DNA of 45,912 nt from positions 1-45,912 of the forward strand of contig CAMOPD010000001.1 of NCBI GenBank assembly GCA_946622085.1, written 5' to 3'. A program made the position numbers and the translations under genes. The stretch comes from an uncultured Prevotellaceae bacterium (GTDB taxonomy: Bacteria > Bacteroidota > Bacteroidia > Bacteroidales > Bacteroidaceae). Positions within the stretch are counted from its first letter, which is position 1, and each line of letters begins with the position of its first letter. Shown in pieces: positions 37,674-45,912 of the stretch. Under the pieces are notes generated by a model that was given only the letters and a program-made list of their open reading frames with translations, did no database searches and was not told where the DNA came from.

Positions 37674-39305
37674 TCAGTAACCGGGATTCTGCTTGATGTA
37701 ATGGTTCAGATTGATGACGCTTTGCGGTATAGGGAACACAGTTGTATGGGCATCAGCTTCACCGGGTGCCTGCGGGCGAACGTCGTAGGGCAGGTGGAAT
37801 TGGCGGAAGCGGATGAGGTCTTGCCGTCGCCAGCCCTCCCAGCAAAGTTCGAGCATGCGCTCGTCGAGGATGTTGGCGAGTGTGGCTTCTCGATGGCTCA
37901 TCTTGGAGCGTTGTCTGACGCGGTTGAAGTTGGTGTTGCCATCGTTCCCCAGACGCACCAGTGCTTCTGCCCTCATGAGCAGCACGTCGGCGTAGCGGAA
38001 GAGCACGATGTCGTTGTCTTGCAACTTGCCGTCGGAGTAGGCGGTGCGGTCTATCTCGTATTTGTACATGCGCGCTCCGGCGGTTTTCTCGTAGGGCGAA
38101 TTGGTGATGTCTACGCTGGTGACGGCGAGCGGGTAGTAGGTGAGCTGCTGGCCGCTCTGGAGCATTACGGGCTGGGAGTCGACGAAGACGGGTCCGCTGA
38201 AGAAATTCAGCTCATAGCGGGAGTCGGTGTTGCTGGTGTCGTAGCCATAGGTTTTGACGGTGGTGATGGTGGCGCAGGGGCCGTTTTCTGAGCCCATGCC
38301 GAGCGCTGAGCCATGGTTGTAGTGGCGTGAGCGGAAGAGGTTTTGAAACTGGTTGGAGTAGAGGGTCTTGTCCATGGGTATGGTGAAGATGTTCTCGCGC
38401 GAGCTCTCGTTGTTCACCGAGAAGGGTGTGGTGTAGTCGGTGTCGAGCTGATAGCCGTAGGAGCTGATGCGGTCGCACCAGGCAATGCATGCTTCCCAGG
38501 CGTTGTACTCCCTTCCGCCGATGGTGAAGTTGATGTTGCGGCCGTCGGGATAGCGGTCGTCGGTCCACTGGTCGTCGGTATAGACTTCGGCATTGAGGGC
38601 GAGCTTGGCAAGCAGGAACCAAGCCACGGGGGTGGTGATGCGTCCGTAGTAGGGTCCTTCGAAGTTGCTCCTTCGTATGGCGAGATGGGGGATTGCCTGC
38701 TGAAGCTCGTCGACGACGAACCAGAACACCTCGGAGCGCTCGCTTTGCTTGACTTCGGCCAGTGGCACGTCTTCAGAGACGACGATGGGCACGCGGCCGT
38801 AGAGGTCGAGCAGATGGAAATAGAACAAGGCGCGCAGTGCTCTCACTTCGGCGGTGTATTGCTGCAGCTCTTCTTCGGTGAGCAGCTGGCGGTTTTGGTT
38901 GAGCCGGCTCAGGGAGCGATTGCAGAGCACGATGACCTTGTAGAGGTATTTCCATGTGTCGGAGATGGCTTCGTTGTTGGCCGTCCACGTGTGCAGATAG
39001 AGGCTCTGCCACAGTCCGCCGTCATACCAGTCGGTGCCTCGTGTGGGGATGATGGCCTCGTCGGTGGTGAACTCGTTCAGGTCGTAGACACCCCGGGTGG
39101 TGCCCTGCAGCCCCTGGCTGTTGGCATAGCCGCCGATGTAGTTGTAGAGGGTGGCCACGGTGTTTTGTATGAGCGAGGTGGAGTTGCTGAAAAGTTCCTC
39201 TTCGGTGAGCTGGTCTTTGGGTTCTTCGTCAAGACAGCTTGTGAGCAAGATGGCTGTCGACGAGAGCAACAGAAGTGCTATGATCTTGATGGCTTGATGA
39301 TTCAT
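37674..39305 (-). CDS. SusD/RagB family outer-membrane lipoprotein
   Basis: Lipobox LLTSC; EVRALRALFYF..DLYGRVP, FRYADVLLMRAEA, ERMLELCWEGWRRQDLIR, QNPGY. Confidence 0.95.
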   Translation of the reverse strand: MNHQAIKIIALLLLSSTAILLTSCLDEEPKDQLTEEELFSNSTSLIQNTVATLYNYIGGYANSQGLQGTTRGVYDLNEFTTDEAIIPTRGTDWYDGGLWQSLYLHTWTANNEAISDTWKYLYKVIVLCNRSLSRLNQNRQLLTEEELQQYTAEVRALRALFYFHLLDLYGRVPIVVSEDVPLAEVKQSERSEVFWFVVDELQQAIPHLAIRRSNFEGPYYGRITTPVAWFLLAKLALNAEVYTDDQWTDDRYPDGRNINFTIGGREYNAWEACIAWCDRISSYGYQLDTDYTTPFSVNNESSRENIFTIPMDKTLYSNQFQNLFRSRHYNHGSALGMGSENGPCATITTVKTYGYDTSNTDSRYELNFFSGPVFVDSQPVMLQSGQQLTYYPLAVTSVDITNSPYEKTAGARMYKYEIDRTAYSDGKLQDNDIVLFRYADVLLMRAEALVRLGNDGNTNFNRVRQRSKMSHREATLANILDERMLELCWEGWRRQDLIRFRQFHLPYDVRPQAPGEADAHTTVFPIPQSVINLNHYIKQNPGY

Positions 39306-39384
39306 GATGATTAACGGTAGGAATTGGGGTAAGGGTTTAAAAGATGTATAGGGCTCGTGGCTTCTTCCATACTTCAGCTTTCTT

Positions 39385-42090
39385 TCAGAACTGTATGCCG
39401 AGTCCTATGGAGTAGGTGCGGCATGGCGGGTAGGAGCGTTTGTCGTCGATGCCCATGGTAGAGTTGACCACGTAGCTGTTGATCATGGGCGTGAGCCCGC
39501 TGTAGGAGGTGATGGTGGCCAGGTTGTTGATGCTGAGCGACAACCGCAGGGCACTCAGATAGTGGGTCTTTCCGAGCGGCACGTTCCAGGCCAGGGTGAG
39601 ATAGTCGAAGTTCAGGTAGTCGCCTTTCTCCAGCCAGTAGTCGGTGGGCATCTGGTCCTTGATGTTCCGCTGGGGTGCTTCTCTGAGCACGTTGTAATCG
39701 GGAAACGATGCCATGTTCATGTATGTGAGGCTTGTGCCATTGTATATTTTGTGGCCGAAGGCACCGTTCATCTGCAGGCTGATGTCGAAGTTCTTGTATC
39801 TCAGTGAGATGTTGGAACCGAGGGTCATTTTCGGCGTGGCCTGTCCGCAGATGCGTCTGTCGCCGGCTTCGATGTTGATTTGCCCGTCGTTGTTGAGGTC
39901 GGCCAACTGGTAGCTGTAGCTTCCGTCGTCATTTTGTTTCAGTCCGGTGCAGTGGGGCAGGAAGAAGACGCCGAGCGGCTGTCCCACAATCTGATATACG
40001 ATATTGTTGTTGCCGCTGTGGAATCCTGCTCCGTCGAGTCCGCCGATGGCGGTGATGTCCGATGCCGTCATCTGCTGTCCGTTGTGCTGTCCGCTGAGCG
40101 ATATGAGTTTGTTTTTCTGGAAGGAGAGGTTCACGTTGACATTGAGTTCCATGTCGCGATGTTGTATGGGCGTAAGTCCCAGTCCTATTTCGAGTCCCTG
40201 GTTGCTCATCTGCCCCATGTTGGCCAGCAGTTTTTCGTAGGCAAAGGGCGGCACGCTGACGTCGTAGAGATAGAGCATGTCGCGCGTCTTGGTGTAGTAA
40301 TACTCTGCGGTGAGCACCAGCCTGTTCATCCACAGCCCCATGTCGGCACCGATGTTGAATGATGTCTTGCTTTCCCACTTCAGGTCGGGGTTGGCATTTC
40401 TCACGAATCCCATGGTGACGATGGGACTACCGTTCCAGGCCACGATGCCCGTGGGCATGAGCATGGAGAGAGAGTTGTATGAGCTGATGCCGCCCAGATT
40501 GCCTGAGAGTCCGTATCCTGTCCGCATCTTGAGCATGGTGAGCAAGTGTGGCGTGGCTTTCAGCATCTTCAGAACGTCCCATGTGGCGGAGATGGAGGGG
40601 AAGAATCCCCAGCGGTTGTTCTTGCCCACCATGGAGCTGCCGTCGGCACGGGTGTTGACGGCCAGTGTGAGCATGTCCTTAAAGCCATATTCCACTCCGG
40701 CCATGGCCGATGCCAGGCGCGGATCTTCGTAGTCACTGCCCGTGCCGCCATAGGGCCTTATGCTGCCGGCTCCGAGGTTGTGGTAGCCAAACTCGTTGGT
40801 GGTGAACCCCTTCACCGTGGTGAAGAAGCCTTGCCGCTGGCTCGACTGATATTCGCCCAGCACGACGGCCTTGAGCCGGTGGTTGCCCCAGGTGTGGTTG
40901 TAGGTGAGTGTGGCGTTGCCCAGCCGGTCTTCGCTCTTTCGCTCTCCCCGATAGGCCTGTCCCTGGGCCCATACCCATGTGGGCAGATACTCCATGTTCT
41001 CTACGGAGCTGTAGGCGAAAGAGCCGAAAAGGATGAACTTCCAGTCGGCCGAGATGTCGAAGGTGAGCCGCAGGTGGGTGTTGATGTTGAGTGCTTTCTC
41101 GTGCTCTTGTTCATAGAGCAATGCTATGGGGTTGGCTATCTGGCTTGCGCCCGAATTCTTGTCCCATCCTCCCTGGCTGTTCATCCCGTCGGGGAAGGTG
41201 GGGTTGTGGCTGGCTGCTGAGTAGAAGAGCTTCTGCTCGTCGAATATGCCCTTGTTCTTCTGGCTGCTTCCGAACACCCCCATGTCGACGGTGAGGAAGT
41301 CGTTGAAAGCCTTTTGCTTGAGGTCTATCTTTGTGACGAAGTTTCGGGCTTCGCGGTCGCGGATAATCAGGTCGTGGTTCATGTAGCCTATGGAGGCACG
41401 ATAGTTGCTCTTCTCCGTGCCTCCGCTGAAGGCTACGTGGTGGTTGTGAACAAATCCTGTGCGGGTGATGGCGTCGGGGAAGTCGGTGTCGAATCCGCCG
41501 TCGTTGTAGAAGGCGCCGAGTTTCTGTGCCGTGGCAATGTAGTCATTGCGGCGCAGCATCTCGATGTTCTTGTAGGCGTTCTCCACGGCCACGTTGCCGT
41601 CGTAGGTGATGTGGAAGTTGCCGCTGTGGCCCTTCTTGGTGGTCACCTGTATCACTCCGCTCGCGCCGCGGCTGCCATAGGGAGCGGTCTCGGCGGCATT
41701 CTTCAGAATGGCGAAGCTCTCAATGTCGGCAGGATAGATGCTCGATAGTGTGGCCAGGTCGGCGTTCACGCCGTCGATGATGACGAGCGGGTCGTTGCCG
41801 CCGGTGAGCGATGTGGTGCCTCGAACGCGCACCGAGCTGAGCATGGCCATGCGGTCGGAGCCGTTGGATGCAATGTTCACACCTGCCGCCTTGCCGCTCA
41901 GGGCGCTCAGCGAATTGGTCACAAGGCCCTTGTTCATGCGGTCTTGCGTCACTTCGTCTACCGATCCCAGACTGATGATGCTGCGCATGTGCGTCGAGTC
42001 GGTCGGCGCATTGTTGGGAGTGCTGTTCTGAGCCCATGCTGGGGGGCTGCAGAGCAAGGCTGAAAGAAAAAGCGGGAAGATATTCTTCAT
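39385..42090 (-). CDS. SusC/RagA TonB-dependent transporter (short N-terminus)
   Basis: RVRGTTSL..GNDPLVIIDG, ILKNAAETAPYGSRGASGVI.VTTKKG plug, NPDLKWE, terminal F; start at 42090 favoured because a -7 element lies at 42128-42135. Confidence 0.95.
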   Translation of the reverse strand: MKNIFPLFLSALLCSPPAWAQNSTPNNAPTDSTHMRSIISLGSVDEVTQDRMNKGLVTNSLSALSGKAAGVNIASNGSDRMAMLSSVRVRGTTSLTGGNDPLVIIDGVNADLATLSSIYPADIESFAILKNAAETAPYGSRGASGVIQVTTKKGHSGNFHITYDGNVAVENAYKNIEMLRRNDYIATAQKLGAFYNDGGFDTDFPDAITRTGFVHNHHVAFSGGTEKSNYRASIGYMNHDLIIRDREARNFVTKIDLKQKAFNDFLTVDMGVFGSSQKNKGIFDEQKLFYSAASHNPTFPDGMNSQGGWDKNSGASQIANPIALLYEQEHEKALNINTHLRLTFDISADWKFILFGSFAYSSVENMEYLPTWVWAQGQAYRGERKSEDRLGNATLTYNHTWGNHRLKAVVLGEYQSSQRQGFFTTVKGFTTNEFGYHNLGAGSIRPYGGTGSDYEDPRLASAMAGVEYGFKDMLTLAVNTRADGSSMVGKNNRWGFFPSISATWDVLKMLKATPHLLTMLKMRTGYGLSGNLGGISSYNSLSMLMPTGIVAWNGSPIVTMGFVRNANPDLKWESKTSFNIGADMGLWMNRLVLTAEYYYTKTRDMLYLYDVSVPPFAYEKLLANMGQMSNQGLEIGLGLTPIQHRDMELNVNVNLSFQKNKLISLSGQHNGQQMTASDITAIGGLDGAGFHSGNNNIVYQIVGQPLGVFFLPHCTGLKQNDDGSYSYQLADLNNDGQINIEAGDRRICGQATPKMTLGSNISLRYKNFDISLQMNGAFGHKIYNGTSLTYMNMASFPDYNVLREAPQRNIKDQMPTDYWLEKGDYLNFDYLTLAWNVPLGKTHYLSALRLSLSINNLATITSYSGLTPMINSYVVNSTMGIDDKRSYPPCRTYSIGLGIQF

Positions 42091-42127
42091 GGGGTTATCG
42101 GTTGTTTCGTTTATATTCATTCAGTTA

Positions 42128-42135
42128 CAAACTTA
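42128..42135 (-). promoter_or_regulatory. -7 promoter element of susCD
   Basis: caaactta reads TAAGTTTG on the minus strand. Confidence 0.55.
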
Positions 42136-42230
42136 CACAATAATTTTGAAATACCTCCTTTCGGCAAGCCTAAAAATGGTCGCTATGGTTGAATTTCTTC
42201 AAAAGGAGGCGTTTTTTGCGTCTTTTGTGC

Positions 42231-42238
42231 TACCTTTG
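42231..42238 (+). promoter_or_regulatory. -7 promoter element of the AlbA_2 gene
   Basis: TACCTTTG(CA) just upstream of ATGs at 42255/42261. Confidence 0.65.
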
Positions 42239-42260
42239 CAACAAACCTTTGCCTATGGTG

Positions 42261-42893
42261 ATGAACGAACGTAGATATCTCTTCCATCTCATTGATGAAG
42301 GCGAGCATCAGCAGCAAGACTTCAAATACAAGGTGACCGATGCTCCGAAGCTGGCCAAGTCGGTGTCGGCATTTGCCAATACCGACGGTGGGCGTCTGCT
42401 CATCGGGGTGCGCGACGACGGCCATTTGTCGGGCGTGCGTTCCGAGGAGGAAATCTACATGATGCATGCGGCTGCCTATCGGTATTGCCGCCCTTCGGCC
42501 TCCATCAAGTTCGACACCTACGTCGTCGATGGCCGCACCATCGTCGTTGCCACCGTGCCTCCGGCCGAGAAGAAACCCGTCTGCGCTGTCGATGAGGAGG
42601 GGCGGGCGCGTGCCTACATCAGGATAGCCGATGAGAACATTGTGGCCACGCCCGTTCATCTGGCCATCTGGCGCGAACAGTCGGCCAGCAGCGGAGCACT
42701 CACCGTCTATTCTGAAGCCGAAAGCAAGCTCATTGGCGCTATGGCTTCATCGCCTCGCCAGACGCTCAATCAGATTGTGCGCCGCTCGCGGTTGCCCAGG
42801 CGCAAGGTGATTGCCATGCTGGCACGCTTCGTGAGATACGAATTAGTGGCCTGCGAATTTGCAGACCACCAATTCTTTTTCTCTCTCAAGTAG
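42261..42893 (+). CDS. AlbA_2 (Schlafen-like) domain protein with C-terminal winged-helix-like region
   Basis: EGEHQQQDFK, SAFANTDGGRLLIGVRDDG, AYIR; start 42255 or 42261. Confidence 0.85.
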   Translation: MNERRYLFHLIDEGEHQQQDFKYKVTDAPKLAKSVSAFANTDGGRLLIGVRDDGHLSGVRSEEEIYMMHAAAYRYCRPSASIKFDTYVVDGRTIVVATVPPAEKKPVCAVDEEGRARAYIRIADENIVATPVHLAIWREQSASSGALTVYSEAESKLIGAMASSPRQTLNQIVRRSRLPRRKVIAMLARFVRYELVACEFADHQFFFSLK

Positions 42894-42908
42894 TTCTTTT
42901 TCTTTTAT

Positions 42909-43039
42909 CGAGGGCTCGAGGGCTCGGGGGTACGAGGGCTCGGGGGTACGGGGGTACGAGGGCTCGGGGGTACGAGATATGTATCGTAAGGTGATTTTCA
43001 GCGCTCGTTACTATTCTCGTACCCCCGTACCCCCGAGCC
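42909..43039. repeat. 8-bp tandem repeat with inverted partner (long hairpin) between convergent genes
   Basis: Eight cgagggct/cgggggta units at 42909-42972; ctcgtacccccgtacccccgagcc at 43016-43039 is the exact reverse complement of 42937-42960. Confidence 0.9.
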
Positions 43040-43060
43040 TTGACAAAAAATCGAAACAAA

Positions 43061-45517
43061 TCAATTCCTGATTTTCAGACTCTTAGCTCCCACCTTCAGG
43101 ATATACATCTGTCCGCTCTTGATGCTGAGCTGCATCTCTGAGCCCTGCGCCTGTGCCTCGTGGAGCAGCATGCCGCGCATGTCGTAGAGTCTTACCCAGG
43201 TGCCCTCGCTGAGGCGGCTTATCGACAGCTGGTTGCCGTCGGCATGCCAGGCGAAGTCGGCGGCGTCGGCCTCAGCCGTGTCTATTCCGCTGGCCGAACC
43301 AAACTTGGCGTTGATGACCACGCTGCCCACAGCAGGCATCGCAAACGAGTAGGTGTCGCCCATGATGGTCTGAGCCGTTGTCTGGCTGCCGTTGACGTGG
43401 GTCACTATCCACTCCGTCACCACCTTCCCGTCCACGGGGTTGCTCTTGAGCGTGACGTCGCGGTTAGGATAGAATTTTCCGTTGAACTTCCCCTTGGTGA
43501 GCTTCACGCCGTTGAAGGTGATCTCTGCCCCCTGCAGCTCCTCGGCCGTCATGCCCGGGTTGATGGTGAGTCCCAGCGGGGTGCCCAGCTTGTAGTAGTT
43601 GCCTATCTGCTTGTAGAATTCGCCCGTGCGCTGGTTGAGCCAGCTGGATATGAAGTTCATCTCATCCTGATAGTTGGGCCACCACTCATTGATGAGCTTG
43701 CGGTGGTTGGGATATTCCGTTTTTATCTGTTCGTACATGGGGTCCCACATTTCGTGGGTTCCCTCGGCGTTCATGAAGTCGCCCATGTAGATGGCGGCGC
43801 GGTCGATGAATTCGCGGTTGAAGTCCTTGTCCTCCATCAGCCGGCGGAAGAGCCGCGTGTGCTCGTAGCCATTGGCCCAGTTGCGATTGTAGTCGTAGTT
43901 GGGGTTGTAAATCCATTCAATGGTGTTGTAGGTGGCCGAAGAGCGATAGAGCCCCAGCCCGAAGTCGGTGTCCTTGGCAATGAAGCGCCAGCGGCCGTCG
44001 GCCGTGCGTGGGCGCCACATCACGATGTTGTTGCCCGGAAAGTCCTGGTTGTTGTAGTAGAGATTCATCAGCATCAGGTTGATAAACTCATGGCAGTCCA
44101 TCCACTGTTCATATTCGGCCATGGTGTGGCCGTGCTCATTGTAGAACGCCTGGAATCGGTTCCAGTGGTCCCAGTCGCCCTCCTTCAGGTCCCACCAGTT
44201 CTCTATCATGTCGATGTCTTCCAGCCCGTCGTAGTTGGTGTAGATGTTGTCTTCGTTGGCCCGCTCGCGAATGTTGAGCATGCCCTTGTATACGCCGTTG
44301 ATGAAGATGATGGCGGGCCGCCAGGCCTGCCAGTCCAGGTCTACGCGCTCGGCCATGCTGCGCTGTATCACGGCGTCGCGCATGTAGAGATAGTCGAAGT
44401 CGTTGCCCGAATTGCGCAGCACGATAGACTTGAAGTCGGTGATGCCCGGTCGCTGGTCGGGGAAGAATTCATACTTGAAGCGCTTCGTGCCAAAGCGCTT
44501 GTGGGCATAGAGGGCCAGCGACTTGAACTTGTTGTTGCGCGTGGCGCCGCCCTGTATGCGCATTTCGCCCAGCTGATTGATGTTGCTCGGCGTGCCTACG
44601 CCGTCGAAGAACATCTCCACGTTGAGCGGGCGCCGCCAGTTGAACTCGTAGTTCTTCTTGCCGCTCTGATAGTTTCCGTCAACATAGATGCCTATCTTGC
44701 TGTCGTTGAGATACTTGTTGTCGGTGACTATCGACACCACGGGCAGCGTGAGCTCGCGGGGGAAGAAGATGTACGACTGAGTGACTGAGCGCGGCGAAAT
44801 CCATCCGTCGCAGAAGAGCTTGGCTCTCACAACGCGGTTGCCCGATATGCTGATGGGCTTCACGTAGAGCGTGCTCGTGCGGGTGGGCTCGCTGCCGTTG
44901 GTGGTGATTCTTATCTCTGCTCCCTGGGGCGTTCCGGCCGGTGGCGTGATGGCCAGCTCGAAAGCCTGGTTGCTGGTCACCACCTTGCCCTGCACGCTGA
45001 ACACGGGATCGCCCAGAATCTGGCTGCTCACCTGGCCGCAGTTGGCAGCGGCAGGGGTGGGCGTGAGCATGTAGCCCCACGTGGACGAGCCATCCGTCTG
45101 CCGCCCGTAGGCCACGTTGGGCGCAGGCTGCTTCTTCAGCCCCGTCACCTTGTCGGCCACAGCCGTGCCGCTGAACAGATAGACCTCGCATCCCTTGCCC
45201 GACTCCAGACGGAAGGGGGCGTGAAGCCCCGTCGACTCCTTGTCGCAGTAGATGAGCACCCGCTGCTGCGGACCCACCATCTGCGTGGGCAGCTGCCAGG
45301 CCTCGGCAGCTTTGTCGGTGATGCCCAGTTTATATTGGTTCAGGTTCACCGCTCCCGTTCCCCCGTTGTAGAGTTCCACCCAGGAGTCGGGAAATTCGTT
45401 CATGTCGTCCATCACGCAGTCAATGTTCGACTGCATCAGTTCGTTAATCAGCAATTGCGCCTGCGCCTGAGCACTCAGGGCCAATGCCAGTGTAGTTGTA
45501 AGTATGCTGCGTTTCAT
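43061..45517 (-). CDS. CotH kinase-family protein with lamin-tail-like and FN3-associated domains and T9SS CTD
   Basis: LLINELM..DSWVELYN (LTD), RITTNGSEPT, LRNSGND, YKGMLNIRER, DFPGNN, KDTDFG, LYDMRGMLL...YILKV CTD. Confidence 0.87.
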   Translation of the reverse strand: MKRSILTTTLALALSAQAQAQLLINELMQSNIDCVMDDMNEFPDSWVELYNGGTGAVNLNQYKLGITDKAAEAWQLPTQMVGPQQRVLIYCDKESTGLHAPFRLESGKGCEVYLFSGTAVADKVTGLKKQPAPNVAYGRQTDGSSTWGYMLTPTPAAANCGQVSSQILGDPVFSVQGKVVTSNQAFELAITPPAGTPQGAEIRITTNGSEPTRTSTLYVKPISISGNRVVRAKLFCDGWISPRSVTQSYIFFPRELTLPVVSIVTDNKYLNDSKIGIYVDGNYQSGKKNYEFNWRRPLNVEMFFDGVGTPSNINQLGEMRIQGGATRNNKFKSLALYAHKRFGTKRFKYEFFPDQRPGITDFKSIVLRNSGNDFDYLYMRDAVIQRSMAERVDLDWQAWRPAIIFINGVYKGMLNIRERANEDNIYTNYDGLEDIDMIENWWDLKEGDWDHWNRFQAFYNEHGHTMAEYEQWMDCHEFINLMLMNLYYNNQDFPGNNIVMWRPRTADGRWRFIAKDTDFGLGLYRSSATYNTIEWIYNPNYDYNRNWANGYEHTRLFRRLMEDKDFNREFIDRAAIYMGDFMNAEGTHEMWDPMYEQIKTEYPNHRKLINEWWPNYQDEMNFISSWLNQRTGEFYKQIGNYYKLGTPLGLTINPGMTAEELQGAEITFNGVKLTKGKFNGKFYPNRDVTLKSNPVDGKVVTEWIVTHVNGSQTTAQTIMGDTYSFAMPAVGSVVINAKFGSASGIDTAEADAADFAWHADGNQLSISRLSEGTWVRLYDMRGMLLHEAQAQGSEMQLSIKSGQMYILKVGAKSLKIRN

Positions 45518-45535
45518 TGTTCTTTTGTCTTCGTT

Positions 45536-45627
45536 GCAAAGTTACGTAAAGTCGAGGGCAAAACAAAGAAACTTGTTCTTTTTTTGCCGAGACGGAGTAA
45601 CTTCGCGGCTTTTGTCGCAAAGTTACG
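45536..45627. repeat. Short hairpin-rich insertion bracketed by duplicated promoter elements
   Basis: GCAAAGTTACG direct repeats at 45536 and 45617 (TAACTTTGC on minus); internal ggcaaaacaaagaa/ttctttttttgcc hairpin; inverted copy gtaacttcgc at 45597. Confidence 0.7.
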
Positions 45628-45793
45628 AAAACTATACAATAGAACAAAGCATTTGCACCTTCTTTTTCGCGTGCGTGCTATTCAGGATAAGTGCCAGGAC
45701 AGTAGTAGGAAAGGAAAGCCTTTCAGAATTTCTTCCCAACCCCCATGATAAAAGCTTCTCCCTGCCGCTAAATAACCGTCTGAGCGGCACGAT

Positions 45794-45887
45794 AAAACTA
45801 AAATCACGTCGTGATTCCATGGAATCGTGACGTGATTTCATGGAATCGTGACGTGATTTTATGGAATCACGGCGTGATTTTAGTTTT
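45794..45887. repeat. Palindromic array of 4 x 21-bp units
   Basis: AATC-N7-GATT units at 45802, 45823, 45844, 45865; 45794-45820 and 45861-45887 are inverted repeats (26/27). Confidence 0.9.
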
Positions 45888-45912
45888 TGCAGCCCGTTTT
45901 CTGAGTTTTTCC

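Noticed and set aside
1-45912. tRNA, rRNA, integrase, transposase or prophage genes
   Set aside because: No such motifs recognised on either strand by eye; tRNAscan-SE and ISEScan would be needed to exclude them formally

Overview
Chromosomal window from a Bacteroidales organism, most likely Prevotellaceae (TAnnTTTG sigma-ABfr promoters, T9SS-type C-terminal domains, SusC/SusD pair, bat operon, GC-rich codon third positions). It is mostly housekeeping and envelope genes: GHL10 hydrolase, flavodoxin-like protein, cstA, nadC, M23 and C69 peptidases, nitroreductase, DUF2520, kdsC, maf, a multidomain PL1 pectate lyase preceded by a small T9SS-CTD protein, AraC-DPP III-AlkD-like-fur-purA-hisS, a CE12 esterase, reverse rubrerythrin, moxR-DUF58-bat operon (batB-batC and batD-batE fused), PAP2, queA, an orphan susCD, an AlbA_2/Schlafen-domain gene and a CotH-like protein. 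I found no tRNA, rRNA, CRISPR, transposase or integrase. The most striking signal is non-coding. A ~210-265 bp modular element occurs three times (3318, 13726, 37314). Each copy has two 20-bp boxes, an IHF-like site and four 22-bp-phased palindromic units whose asymmetric 7-bp cores switch orientation at a copy-specific point. A second, sequence-unrelated array with the same grammar (21-bp period) lies at 45794. Other leads are an insertion that duplicates a promoter element, 8-mer hairpin repeats, a candidate sRNA, a possible T9SS hitch-hiking adaptor pair, and Bat fusions retaining internal signal peptides. All family assignments come from motif recognition, not database searches.
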